From Candidatus Zixiibacteriota bacterium (GTDB taxonomy: Bacteria; Zixibacteria; MSB-5A5; WJJR01): a DNA stretch of 27,716 nucleotides. Positions 1 to 8,945 of this stretch are shown in pieces. Below the pieces are notes generated by a model. It searched no databases. It had not been told where the DNA came from and saw only the letters and a program-made list of their open reading frames with translations. Numbering within the stretch: position 1 is the stretch's first letter; each line of letters begins with the position of its first letter. The stretch is taken from contig JAVHPP010000164.1 in the NCBI GenBank assembly GCA_036170655.1, positions 1-27,716 on the forward strand, read 5' to 3'. A program made the translations under genes and the position numbers.

Positions 1-214
1 GGCTGCGTAACACAGGCGAGGGCGACTGCGCCACACTTTTTGCATGTGCCACATTTTGCATACGCGGCATTTCGCAGGATCAGTTGCTGGTTGAGAAACC
101 TGTAGCACAGCCCCTTGTGGGCGCCATGGGATTCCACTGTTACACCGAGAAGTCTATACCGGCCACCGGCCGTCAACGAGCGGAGATCGCTGCCACGCCA
201 CCGAAGGAGAAGGA

Positions 215-952
215 TCAGCCGCTGTGCGGTTCGAGGCGGTGGCGTGGAGGACGCGCGGCACCGGAGCGGACGAGACGATACCCCTCGCGGATCAACCCGG
301 AGGCGACATAAAGCAGGACGATCGGGAAGAACGTCTTGGACAAATCGATCAGGACCGCGATGCCCGATAGAAGGAGATACAGAAACTTCAGGCGATCTTT
401 CGGGCTGCGCCAGGATGTCGGTTTGTTCTCATAAGGTATGGATGAGACCATGAGGGCCGAGCTGACGATCATCAGGATGATGAGAAAGCGCGCCATGCGC
501 ATTTCACCCCAAATGTCATAGGTGAACATAGTATATGAAACCAGGAGTGAGGCAGCGGCGGGAATGGGAAGCCCCTCGAAGGTCGTTTTGCCAATCGGTC
601 GCGCGGAGAGATTGTAGCGTGCCAGGCGGAACGCGCCGCACATCACGAATACGAAACCGAGAACCCAGCCCCATTTCCCCATCGTTTTCAGTTTGAATGT
701 GTAGATCAGGATCGATGGGGCGACACCAAATGTCACCAGATCGGCCAGGGAATCCAGCTCCACGCCGAACTTCGTCGCCGCGTTGGAAACACGGGCAACA
801 AAACCGTCCAAACCATCGAGGAAGAATCCCAGGAGCACAAATCGGCAGGCGTGAACCGGCTCACCATCAAGCGTCGCCACGATCGACAGGAACCCGCAAA
901 ACAGGTTCCCCATTGTGAAAACACCGGGAAAGATGCCGCGGAAATTGGCCAC
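215..952 (-). CDS. pssA: CDP-diacylglycerol--serine O-phosphatidyltransferase (phosphatidylserine synthase)
   Basis: 245-aa hydrophobic ORF with the CDP-alcohol phosphatidyltransferase motif DGLDGFVAR...FGVELDSLAD, plus P(G)VFTMGNL and FRLARYN / FEGLPIPAAA motifs; lies downstream of psd. Confidence 0.93.
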   Translation of the reverse strand: MANFRGIFPGVFTMGNLFCGFLSIVATLDGEPVHACRFVLLGFFLDGLDGFVARVSNAATKFGVELDSLADLVTFGVAPSILIYTFKLKTMGKWGWVLGFVFVMCGAFRLARYNLSARPIGKTTFEGLPIPAAASLLVSYTMFTYDIWGEMRMARFLIILMIVSSALMVSSIPYENKPTSWRSPKDRLKFLYLLLSGIAVLIDLSKTFFPIVLLYVASGLIREGYRLVRSGAARPPRHRLEPHSG

Positions 953-1039
953 TGGTCACCGTTCCCCGTAGGTCTGGAGGGGATGCCCGGACAGGAACGG
1001 GCCTGTTGAAGAACCCGACCGCAAGCCTGCGCTTAAAGA

Positions 1040-1115
1040 TGTCACCCCCGCGAAAGCGGTGGTACACTGTGAGGGGCGAGAAGAAAAATGGATTCCCGCT
1101 TTCGCGGGAATGACA
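1040..1115. repeat. REP/dRS3-like inverted palindrome doublet (non-autonomous repeat element)
   Basis: TGTCACCCCCGCGAAAGCGGTGGTACA (1040-1066) and TGGATTCCCGCTTTCGCGGGAATGACA (1089-1115) are inverted copies of each other (21/27 identical). Each is a hairpin with a GAAA/TTTC loop. They sit in the psd-pssA intergenic region. Confidence 0.8.
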
Positions 1116-1246
1116 ATCGGGGGGGGCAGCACATCCAAGAGTGTCCGAACCACACAGTTCAGATTCCTCGGTGAGGCGGATACTCCTGTACACCCATCAG
1201 ACCACCAGAGTGCCGGCACGTTCATGATCCGCATCCGATCATAGTC

Positions 1247-1885
1247 TCAACGGACTCTTTCTGACCGCGCAACCCGGGCGATGACGGTTTCGCCGGCCCG
1301 CACTTTGTCGCCGGGGGACACAATCGGTTCGGTCGCCGGGGGAACAATCACCTGCATACGAGAACCGAATCGGATGAGACCGATGCGGTCTCCGATCTTC
1401 AGCCGGTCTCCGGGTTTGACCCGGCAGACAATCCGGCGCGCCAGAATCCCGGCAATCTGAGCGAACTGCACCGCGCCGATCGGACTGTCCATCGTCAGAT
1501 CCTGCCGCTCATTCTGTGTGGCCGCCTCACCCCGGCTCGCCACCAGAAATCGCCCGGGGTGATACTCACTGGATATGACCGTCCCGGAAACGGGAGCACG
1601 GTTGACATGAACATTGAACACAGACAGAAAGATGTCGATCTGCCGTCGGCCGTCGGGGAGCATGGCCACACTGAGCACAGTCCCATCGGCGGGCGCCACC
1701 ACCACGCCGGGATCGTCGGGAGCGGTACGCTCGGGATCGCGAAAAAAGAAGGCGAGAAAGCCGACAGCAAGCAGACCCAGAATCGCAACGGGCCATCCGA
1801 GACTCGACCCGGCACGCAGCAGGACGGCGCCAAGGACCGCAACCACGAGCGCCGGAATCACAAACAGCCAGCCATCACTTGCCAT
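1247..1885 (-). CDS. psd: phosphatidylserine decarboxylase proenzyme (short type)
   Basis: Motifs FFRDPER, VVAPADG, IFLSVFNVHVNRAP, QIAGILARRI and the self-cleavage motif IRFGSR; N-terminal membrane anchor. Start is ATG 1885 or the upstream ATG 1900. Confidence 0.93.
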   Translation of the reverse strand: MASDGWLFVIPALVVAVLGAVLLRAGSSLGWPVAILGLLAVGFLAFFFRDPERTAPDDPGVVVAPADGTVLSVAMLPDGRRQIDIFLSVFNVHVNRAPVSGTVISSEYHPGRFLVASRGEAATQNERQDLTMDSPIGAVQFAQIAGILARRIVCRVKPGDRLKIGDRIGLIRFGSRMQVIVPPATEPIVSPGDKVRAGETVIARVARSERVR

Positions 1886-1923
1886 CGCCACAGAACCCAT
1901 TCAGGGTGAACCATCCAACGGCA

Positions 1924-3219
1924 TTACTTCTCCGACAAGGCCCGCTTCATGACCACGCGCGCGCGGCGCAGGTAATACGTCCAGTCAAACACCGCATCGA
2001 TCTCCGCCTGGGAAAGATGCGACGTGACCGCCGGGTCAGCCAGCGCACACGCGTGCAGGGTCTTTCCGGGAGTCGCGCTCAGGGCGAGCCGCTGGACAAT
2101 CGTATATGCCCGGTCGCGTGAGCCGATACGGTCCGTCAGCGCGAGAAGCAACCGCTGTGAGAAGATCGTGCTGCCACTCAGTTCAAGATTTTGCTGCATC
2201 CGTTCCGGGTGGACGCCGAGATTGGACAGGATCGAGTCCAGCAGATGGAACATGTAGTCGAGCGCGATCGTCGCGTCAGGAATGATGACGCGCTCCACGG
2301 AAGAATGCGTGATGTCACGTTCGTGCCAGAGCGCGACATTTTCCAACGCGGGACCGACAAATCCGCGCAACAGACGCGCCAGCCCGCAGACACGCTCGCA
2401 GAGGATGGGATTCTTCTTGTGGGGCATGGCGGACGATCCCCGTTGCCCGGCAAAGAAGCCCTCGGTCATCTCGCCGGTTTCGGTCCGGTGGTAGAGCCGT
2501 ATCTCCTGCGCGATCTTCTCCGCGGTCGCGCCCAGAGCGGCTATGGCAAAGACGTATTCCGCATGACGGTCTCGCTGAAGAACCTGTGTGGAAATCGGCG
2601 CGGGACGCAGGCCCAGACGATGGCACACATAGGCCTCAACCTGCGGATCGAGATGGGCGAAATTCCCCACGGCGCCGGAAATCTTCCCCACAGCGATTGA
2701 ATGGATAGCGGCCTTCAGACGGCGGCGTCCTCGGATGAGATCAGCGTACCAGAGCGCAAATTTCAATCCCACCGATGTCGGTTCCGCAAAAACACCATGT
2801 GTGCGCCCGACGATCGGGGTATCGATGTAGCGTTCCGCCAGCCGCCGCGTGTGCTGCAGCAGCGGCTCCATGTCGTCGAGCAGAACCTGCGCTGCTTGTA
2901 CCATGAGCACAGAGAGGGCAGTGTCGAGGACATCCGAAGACGTCAACCCATGGTGGAGATATTTTTCGTCCGCTCCCAGACGGTGGCCCACGTTCTTCAG
3001 AAACGCAATCACATCGTGATGGATCTTCTCTTCGAGCCGGCCGATCTGCTTGGTATCGAAGCGCGCGTGACGGCGCATGCGCGCCGGGGCGCCTTTGGGG
3101 ATCATTCCCAAGAGCGCCATTTTCTCCGCCGCCAGGAGTTCGATTTCAAGCCAAATGGCGAATTTGTTCGCCTTCGACCAGAGATGAGCCATCTCCGGAC
3201 GTGTGTATCGTTCAATCAT
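1924..3219 (-). CDS. purB: adenylosuccinate lyase
   Basis: 431 aa beginning MIERYTRPEM; HHGLTSSDVLD, GRTHG and the fumarate-lyase signature GSSAMPHKKNP. Confidence 0.97.
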   Translation of the reverse strand: MIERYTRPEMAHLWSKANKFAIWLEIELLAAEKMALLGMIPKGAPARMRRHARFDTKQIGRLEEKIHHDVIAFLKNVGHRLGADEKYLHHGLTSSDVLDTALSVLMVQAAQVLLDDMEPLLQHTRRLAERYIDTPIVGRTHGVFAEPTSVGLKFALWYADLIRGRRRLKAAIHSIAVGKISGAVGNFAHLDPQVEAYVCHRLGLRPAPISTQVLQRDRHAEYVFAIAALGATAEKIAQEIRLYHRTETGEMTEGFFAGQRGSSAMPHKKNPILCERVCGLARLLRGFVGPALENVALWHERDITHSSVERVIIPDATIALDYMFHLLDSILSNLGVHPERMQQNLELSGSTIFSQRLLLALTDRIGSRDRAYTIVQRLALSATPGKTLHACALADPAVTSHLSQAEIDAVFDWTYYLRRARVVMKRALSEK

Positions 3220-3261
3220 CGCAGGACCACCTTAGAAAGCACCTGGGAATCTCCACCCGAC

Positions 3262-3290
3262 ATGGGGGCAGGTCCGAAACTCGCCCCTGC
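3262..3290. repeat. degenerate GTAG-type REP-like palindrome
   Basis: ATGGGGGCAGGTCCGAAACTCGCCCCTGC is an imperfect hairpin (GGGGC...GCCCC arms) in the tal-purB intergenic region. Confidence 0.45.
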
Positions 3291-3351
3291 GAATTGCCGT
3301 CGCGGGCTGCCCACCATGGACATGATTCGTGAATAGATTGGTGCCACATGG

Positions 3352-4002
3352 TCAGTGCGGGACATTCTGCCAATCGCTGGTGAACTTGGCGTTCCCGAGA
3401 TCGGTCAGCGGGTGCCTGACGATGGCCTTCAAAACCGAGAATGGCATCGTGCAGGCATCGGCCGCATTCAGAGCGGCATCGACCACGTGGAGCGGACTGC
3501 GGATCGACGCGGCGAGAACCTCGGTGTCGAAAGCGTAATTGTCGAAGATGGTCACGATTTGCCCGATCAGGTCCATGCCAACATGCCCGATGTCGTCGAG
3601 ACGACCCAGAAAGGGCGAGACGAAGGACGCCCCGGCTTTTGCCGCCAGGAGCGCCTGCGTGGCGTTGAACACCAAGGTGCAATTCGTGGAGATTCCCATC
3701 TCGCTGAGACGGCGGATCGCCTTGAGACCGTCGATCGTCATTGGAATCTTCACGACAATGTTTGGCGCCAGCTTGGAGAGCCGCACGCCCTGGGGCACCA
3801 TGTCGTCGGCCGTCACGGCAACAACTTCGGCAGATACCGGACCCTTGACGATCGCCACGATGTCCTGGAGGACATCGTCAAACTTGCGACCCTTCTCCCT
3901 TGCCACCAGCGATGGATTGGTGGTCACCCCATCGAGCACACCCCAGTCCGCCGCCTCCCGGATCTCATCGATATTCGCTGTGTCGAGAAAAATCTTCATC
4001 AT
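3352..4002 (-). CDS. tal: transaldolase (small Tal/Fsa family)
   Basis: FLDTAN, GVTTNPS, Schiff-base Lys in [14 protein letters not shown]. Glu in SAEV and Phe in SPF are the transaldolase-type rather than FSA-type residues. SD AGGAGG precedes ATGATG (start 4002 or 3999). Confidence 0.92.
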   Translation of the reverse strand: MMKIFLDTANIDEIREAADWGVLDGVTTNPSLVAREKGRKFDDVLQDIVAIVKGPVSAEVVAVTADDMVPQGVRLSKLAPNIVVKIPMTIDGLKAIRRLSEMGISTNCTLVFNATQALLAAKAGASFVSPFLGRLDDIGHVGMDLIGQIVTIFDNYAFDTEVLAASIRSPLHVVDAALNAADACTMPFSVLKAIVRHPLTDLGNAKFTSDWQNVPH

Positions 4003-4029
4003 GCCTCCTGTCGCCGAATTGCGATTCGG

Positions 4030-4824
4030 TCAGTCAAGAAACGGCCCGGCGTCGTTTATTTCAACTGAAATCGCCGCTTCCCGGCGTGATGGGGGATACT
4101 GCACCGCGACCAGCGTGAGTCCGTGCGCAGGCGCCGCGCCGCCGCAAAGACGAACATCACCTATGCGGAGAATGTCGCTCATGCGTGATGCCGGCCAGCG
4201 GCTGCGAGCGATGTCCACCATGGTCCCCACCATCAGTCGGACCATCATGTGCAGGAAACGGTCGGCACGAACACGATACACGAACTGGTCGCCGGTCTTT
4301 TCCCACGACGACTGGCTGATCGAACAGTGATTATCGTCCTTCTTCGATACCGCCAGGCAAAAGCCGGAGAAATCGTGGCGGCCGAGCATTAACGTGGCCG
4401 CATCTCCCAGCCGGTCGGCATCCAACGGATCACGCACGGTCCACACACGGTCGCGATCGAACGGCGAGGAGCAATCAGTGACTCGATACTCGTAGGTGCG
4501 AGCGATTGCCGTATAACGAGAGTGAAATCTGCCGTCAACGGGCGACACGCGGGTCACCGTCATGTCATCCGGCAATGCCGCACGCAATCGATGAAGAAAC
4601 GTGCCACAATCGAGAGGAAGACCAGTATCAAAATGAGCCACCATGCCGGATGCATGCACACCAGCATCAGTGCGGCCCGCTCCCGTGACGGCGATGGCCT
4701 CGCCCGATGGCAACAGGCGGGTGAGCCAGAGTTCCAACTCCCCCTGCACGGTGCGGAGGTTCGGCTGCCGCTGCCATCCGTGGAAGTTTGCCCCGTGATA
4801 AGCGATGTCGAGACGGTAACGCAC
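4030..4824 (-). CDS. truA: tRNA pseudouridine(38-40) synthase
   Basis: IAYHGANFHGWQRQ, catalytic AGRTDAGVHA, FLHMMVR and APAHGLTL motifs. Start placed at GTG 4824, just after the ecfT stop (the ORF track extends to 4872). Confidence 0.95.
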   Translation of the reverse strand: MRYRLDIAYHGANFHGWQRQPNLRTVQGELELWLTRLLPSGEAIAVTGAGRTDAGVHASGMVAHFDTGLPLDCGTFLHRLRAALPDDMTVTRVSPVDGRFHSRYTAIARTYEYRVTDCSSPFDRDRVWTVRDPLDADRLGDAATLMLGRHDFSGFCLAVSKKDDNHCSISQSSWEKTGDQFVYRVRADRFLHMMVRLMVGTMVDIARSRWPASRMSDILRIGDVRLCGGAAPAHGLTLVAVQYPPSRREAAISVEINDAGPFLD

Positions 4825-4837
4825 AAGTTTGCCAATA

Positions 4838-5635
4838 TCACATGATCCGAGCACCAAGGCCAAAAGTCTCAAATGTCAGCCACACAGCCCACCCCACAGC
4901 GATGACACCGAGCAGTCCCCAGTCATGCGGCTGGAAGTGCAAGCGGCGAACCTCGCGGGGCAAACGATGGACATCGAATCCTCGTGACGTCAGCGCCATC
5001 GAAAGACGATCGGCACGGCGAATGGAAGCCGCAAAGGCCGGCACGAGAATCGCCGGCGACAGACGCACACGCTGCAGCCACGAGCCATCGAAGCGGACAC
5101 CACGCGAGCGCTGGCCCATGCGGACTGCATGGATCTCCTCGGTGAGCGTGGGAAACATTCGGGCCGTGAAGAAGACCAGGTAGTACACGGACTCGACCTT
5201 CACGCCGATCGCTTTCAGAGGCCAGAGCAAACGTGTGACACCAGCGGCCAGAGGCGATGGCGTCGTGACCACTGTCATCGCCCTCGCCAAGGCGATGAAA
5301 GCAATGAATCGCAATCCGAGACGAACACCCTTGGAGACACCCTCCCACGACACGTTCAAACCGCCGAAGATGCCGGCGGAATGCGAGTTGTCTGCTCCAA
5401 GCAGAGTGTAAAGAATCATGATCGCCAACGTCATCGGCAGCGACCAGCGAAGTGTGCCACCGGGAATTCCTGGAGTCAGACGGTTCGCACCCTGCAATCG
5501 CCAGACGAGGATAAGCGCCCCGGCCGCCAGCAATCCCGTTCCCAGGAGAGTCCGGCTAATCCCGATCCAGACTGCCACGGAAATGAATGCAAACAGGACA
5601 GCGCGCGGGTCAACAGGGGACGCCGGACGACTCAT
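4838..5635 (-). CDS. ecfT: energy-coupling factor transporter transmembrane component T (EcfT/CbiQ family)
   Basis: VDPR N-terminal motif, several TM helices, RMFPTL, and two conserved Arg motifs (GQRSRG, ALTSRGF). Adjacent to truA, as in the classic ecfA-ecfT-truA order. Start placed at ATG 5635. Confidence 0.85.
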   Translation of the reverse strand: MSRPASPVDPRAVLFAFISVAVWIGISRTLLGTGLLAAGALILVWRLQGANRLTPGIPGGTLRWSLPMTLAIMILYTLLGADNSHSAGIFGGLNVSWEGVSKGVRLGLRFIAFIALARAMTVVTTPSPLAAGVTRLLWPLKAIGVKVESVYYLVFFTARMFPTLTEEIHAVRMGQRSRGVRFDGSWLQRVRLSPAILVPAFAASIRRADRLSMALTSRGFDVHRLPREVRRLHFQPHDWGLLGVIAVGWAVWLTFETFGLGARIM

Positions 5636-5673
5636 GGATTCGCTTCTTTCTGATCGCACTCGCACCGGACTGT

Positions 5674-5703
5674 TTGCTCCCATCCCGGACCAACCACTAT
5701 AAT
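5674..5703 (+). promoter_or_regulatory. sigma70-type promoter, probably leaderless
   Basis: TTGCTC (5674-5679)-N18-TATAAT (5698-5703), then 7 nt to the GTG at 5711 with no SD. Confidence 0.6.
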
Positions 5704-5710
5704 ACGACCC

Positions 5711-7978
5711 GTGGGGAACAATAAACATACTGGTGACACGTCATTGCCATCGCCTCGATCCTCCAAGACAGGATTTCTTTCCGGCGGTACTTGGGCGGGC
5801 GTGGATTTCAAACAGTCGAAGGATCGTCTCTGGCTGGTTCTTCTGTTCGCGACCGCCCTGGTTGTGCGGATCATCGTCCTCGCCGAATTGTCGCGCCACA
5901 ACCCCGCTTTCCTGTCGCCCGACGTGGACTCGTTGTGGCATTACCTTTGGGCAAAGTCGCTGGCGAAAGGACATTGGCTGGGCGAAAGCGTCTTCTACCG
6001 GGCGCCGCTTTATCCCTACACCTTGGGATTCTGGATCACCGTCTTTGGCGACAACCTGTGGCTCATCAGAATCGCTCAGGCGGTCCTGAGTGCATTCTCC
6101 GCCGTCATGGTCGGGCTAATTGGCTGGCGGGCTTTCGGACGGAGCGTCGGCGTGATCGCGGGCTGCGCGTGGGCGCTCTGGGGTCCCGTTGTCTATTACG
6201 ATTCCGAGCTCTTGGTCGAGGTACTCTTTGTGCCGCTCACGTTGCTGGCCATCTGGCTCGCGCTGGGCCGGTTCAAGAGCGACTCCGGACGGGTCTGGCC
6301 CTGGCTGGGAATCGGGGGGATCTTGGGGCTGGCGGCAATCACGCGCCCGAACATCCTCATCACGCTTCCGGCCTTCTGGTGGATGGCCTGGCAGCATTCA
6401 TCTCTGAGACATGCCGAAAAACGGGAAATCATCCGCACTCTCCGCCGTCCTCTGGCAATAACGCTGGGCATGTTGCTGCCCATTCTGCCAGTGACCGCGC
6501 GTAACCTCTTCGTCGGTCACGATTCGGTTATGATCGCCTACCAAGGCGGCGTCAACCTCTACATCGGGAATAACCCCGTCGCCGACGGGCTGACCATGCA
6601 GATGCCGGAAGTCATGCTCGACCCGACATTACCCTGGGACCGGTTTGTCTTCACCACCGACTCGATCGCAATGGCCGAAGAAGGCCGGAGCTTGCGGCCT
6701 TCAGAGATCTCGTCACACTGGACAGGAAAGGCCTGGGAGTATATTCGCGCGCATCCGCGTGCCACCATCACGAGCTGGTTCGCGAAGGCATACTACCTGT
6801 TCAATGGGTTCGAGGTGGGTGACCAGACCAGCATCTACGATTTTACCAGGTACTCGCTGCTCCTGCGGGCGCTAATCTGGCGAAAATTGCTGTACTTCCC
6901 GTTTGGCCTGATCGCACCCCTCGCACTGCTTGGCATCTGGTGGTCGTGGTCCCGCTCGCACACGGCCGGACCGCTGACGGCATTCGTGGCCCTGTATTCC
7001 CTCTCGGTGGTGGGCTTTCTCGCGACGGCGCGGCACCGCCTGCCCATGGTACCGCTGATGGTCGTTTTCGCTGCGGTTGCAGTCCTGTACGGATGGAAGC
7101 AGATACGAAACCGTCGTTGGAAATTCGTGTCGATCTATGGTGGTGTCGCCCTCCTTCTCACGGTTTGGCTGAATCGCCCGACGGTCGATCGAATCATGCG
7201 GAACCCCTCCTTCACCGCCTATCAGGAAGGGCTGGCCTATGACCGTCTCGGCAACTACGATCAAGCGCGGCAGAAGTACGAAGAGGTCATCCGAGAGGAA
7301 CCCTTCCACCTCGCCGCCAGACGCAATCTGGCATTGGACCTGGTGAAGACACGAATGTATGACTCTGCCATCGCGGTGTCGTATTCCTACCTGCGTATCC
7401 GTCAGACCGACGCTGAAGCCATGAACAATCTGGGGCTGGCCTATCTGGGCAAAGGCGACACATCAAGGGCGCTGGGGGCTTTCACGATCACAGCGCGCAC
7501 CAATCCGAAAATGGGACAGCCTCACTTCAACACCGCCGACATCGCTCTGGCACAAGGAGACACCGCCACGGCGGTATCCAGCTACCACAGAGCCATCGCC
7601 GCCGATTCCACCTTCGGCGCCGCGTACAACTCCCTTGGCATCCTGTATGCAGGCCGCCACCAGTTCGACTCGGCGACAGCGGTTCTGGAGCGCTGCACGC
7701 GGATCAATCCAGACTATCTGCTCGCGTGGATCAACTCGGGTGGCGTCCTACTCGAAAGCGGCAGGCCAATCGATGCCATTGCACCGCTTTCGAAGGCGCT
7801 GGAGCTCGATTCCAAGTCATCGCCGCTGCGATTCAATCTGGCCGTTGCGTATCTTCGCTCGGGGAATCAGCCGGAAGCGTCGCGTCAACTCCGGGAACTC
7901 TTGTCGTCCGATCCAAACAACACGGCTGCCCGCCAGTTGCTGTCCACTCTGGAAAACCCGAAAACGGGCCCGCCATAA
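5711..7978 (+). CDS. GT-C fold membrane glycosyltransferase (PMT_2/ArnT-like) with C-terminal TPR array
   Basis: 755 aa. Acidic first loop (PDVDS), FYRAPLYP, TRPN, NLYIGNNP and ARHRLP motifs, many TM helices, then about 7 TPR-like repeats (e.g. AMNNLGLAYL, AYNSLGILYA, RFNLAVAYL). Confidence 0.8.
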   Translation: MGNNKHTGDTSLPSPRSSKTGFLSGGTWAGVDFKQSKDRLWLVLLFATALVVRIIVLAELSRHNPAFLSPDVDSLWHYLWAKSLAKGHWLGESVFYRAPLYPYTLGFWITVFGDNLWLIRIAQAVLSAFSAVMVGLIGWRAFGRSVGVIAGCAWALWGPVVYYDSELLVEVLFVPLTLLAIWLALGRFKSDSGRVWPWLGIGGILGLAAITRPNILITLPAFWWMAWQHSSLRHAEKREIIRTLRRPLAITLGMLLPILPVTARNLFVGHDSVMIAYQGGVNLYIGNNPVADGLTMQMPEVMLDPTLPWDRFVFTTDSIAMAEEGRSLRPSEISSHWTGKAWEYIRAHPRATITSWFAKAYYLFNGFEVGDQTSIYDFTRYSLLLRALIWRKLLYFPFGLIAPLALLGIWWSWSRSHTAGPLTAFVALYSLSVVGFLATARHRLPMVPLMVVFAAVAVLYGWKQIRNRRWKFVSIYGGVALLLTVWLNRPTVDRIMRNPSFTAYQEGLAYDRLGNYDQARQKYEEVIREEPFHLAARRNLALDLVKTRMYDSAIAVSYSYLRIRQTDAEAMNNLGLAYLGKGDTSRALGAFTITARTNPKMGQPHFNTADIALAQGDTATAVSSYHRAIAADSTFGAAYNSLGILYAGRHQFDSATAVLERCTRINPDYLLAWINSGGVLLESGRPIDAIAPLSKALELDSKSSPLRFNLAVAYLRSGNQPEASRQLRELLSSDPNNTAARQLLSTLENPKTGPP

Positions 7979-8003
7979 AGCGGTTGTCGTGGAGCGCGTA
8001 AAC

Positions 8004-8945
8004 TCAGTACGGCGCGCGGCGTTCGATCACAAAGTTTGAGCCAGGCAGAGTCTTCGCATACTTCTTGAGGTCGGCGGCCATGTGCGAGATTTCTCCCACA
8101 TGGCTGAATGTGTCGCCACGGTTGATGACTACCGCGATCGAGAGGGACATCAAGGGGAATGACTCCGGCGCCCCGCGACGGTTCTTCGAAATGATGTACC
8201 CGTTGCGCCGGTCACGCGGTTCATAGCACAGACCGATTTCGGCGTCAAAACGCGCAATGACCGTCTGGCAAACACGGTGCGTCTTCGCCGTATCAACCAC
8301 AAAAACAAAGTCGTCGCCGCCGATATGTCCCACAAATCCATCGGACTGGTACTCGAAGACTGAATCACGAACGATCCGAGCAGTCATCTTGATGACCTTG
8401 TCTCCGTAAAAGTAGCCGTAATAGTCATTGTAGGCCTTGAAATCATCGAGGTCAGCGTAGCAGAGGGCAAACGACTGATGCTGCGCAATCATGTTCTGCA
8501 GGATGCGCTCGATGGTCGTTGGCCCCGGCAGACGGCTCGATGGGTTCACATCGAGATCGCGCCAACTGCGCCGCAACGCCAGACACAAGCGGGCCTGCGC
8601 CACGGGATCGTCTTTCGCACCCACCACAAGGTCATCGACGGGAGAATGGAGGATCCTCCGCGTGACGTCAGGGGCCGGGGACGGATGCCAGAGAACAACC
8701 GGTACAACCATGAGAGCCGGGATCGCCTTTGCGCGAGCCCCCAGCGTCACGGCCCTTTCACAGGAACTCTCACACGGAATCACAACAATATCCAGGAGTG
8801 TCTGGTGCGCCAGTGTCACCAGTTCACGCAGATTGCCAAACGGCAGAACATCAGGGTGGAAATCAGCCAGAGTCTGGCGCAAGGCATTGCCCCAGTCTCC
8901 TTCCGTGTGGTTCCAGTAGGCGCAGATCATGGCGACGTTACGCAC
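8004..8945 (-). CDS. diguanylate cyclase (GGDEF domain, GGDDF variant) with N-terminal degenerate receiver-like domain
   Basis: NPSSRLPG, YADLDDFKAYNDYYG, GD and HIGGDDF motifs. Start is uncertain (GTG 8945 or ATG 8930). Confidence 0.85.
   Translation of the reverse strand: MRNVAMICAYWNHTEGDWGNALRQTLADFHPDVLPFGNLRELVTLAHQTLLDIVVIPCESSCERAVTLGARAKAIPALMVVPVVLWHPSPAPDVTRRILHSPVDDLVVGAKDDPVAQARLCLALRRSWRDLDVNPSSRLPGPTTIERILQNMIAQHQSFALCYADLDDFKAYNDYYGYFYGDKVIKMTARIVRDSVFEYQSDGFVGHIGGDDFVFVVDTAKTHRVCQTVIARFDAEIGLCYEPRDRRNGYIISKNRRGAPESFPLMSLSIAVVINRGDTFSHVGEISHMAADLKKYAKTLPGSNFVIERRAPY

Noticed and set aside
1001..1016. GCCTGTTGAAGAACCC, resembling an IS/MITE terminal inverted repeat
   Set aside because: No matching opposite end or target-site duplication is visible.
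867..1244. Short ORFs 867-1193, 956-1234 and 1059-1244 in the psd-pssA gap
   Set aside because: Their distinctive peptides (CHSRESGNP, VIPAKAGI, WIPAFAGMT) are simply translations of the REP palindrome; nothing else supports coding.
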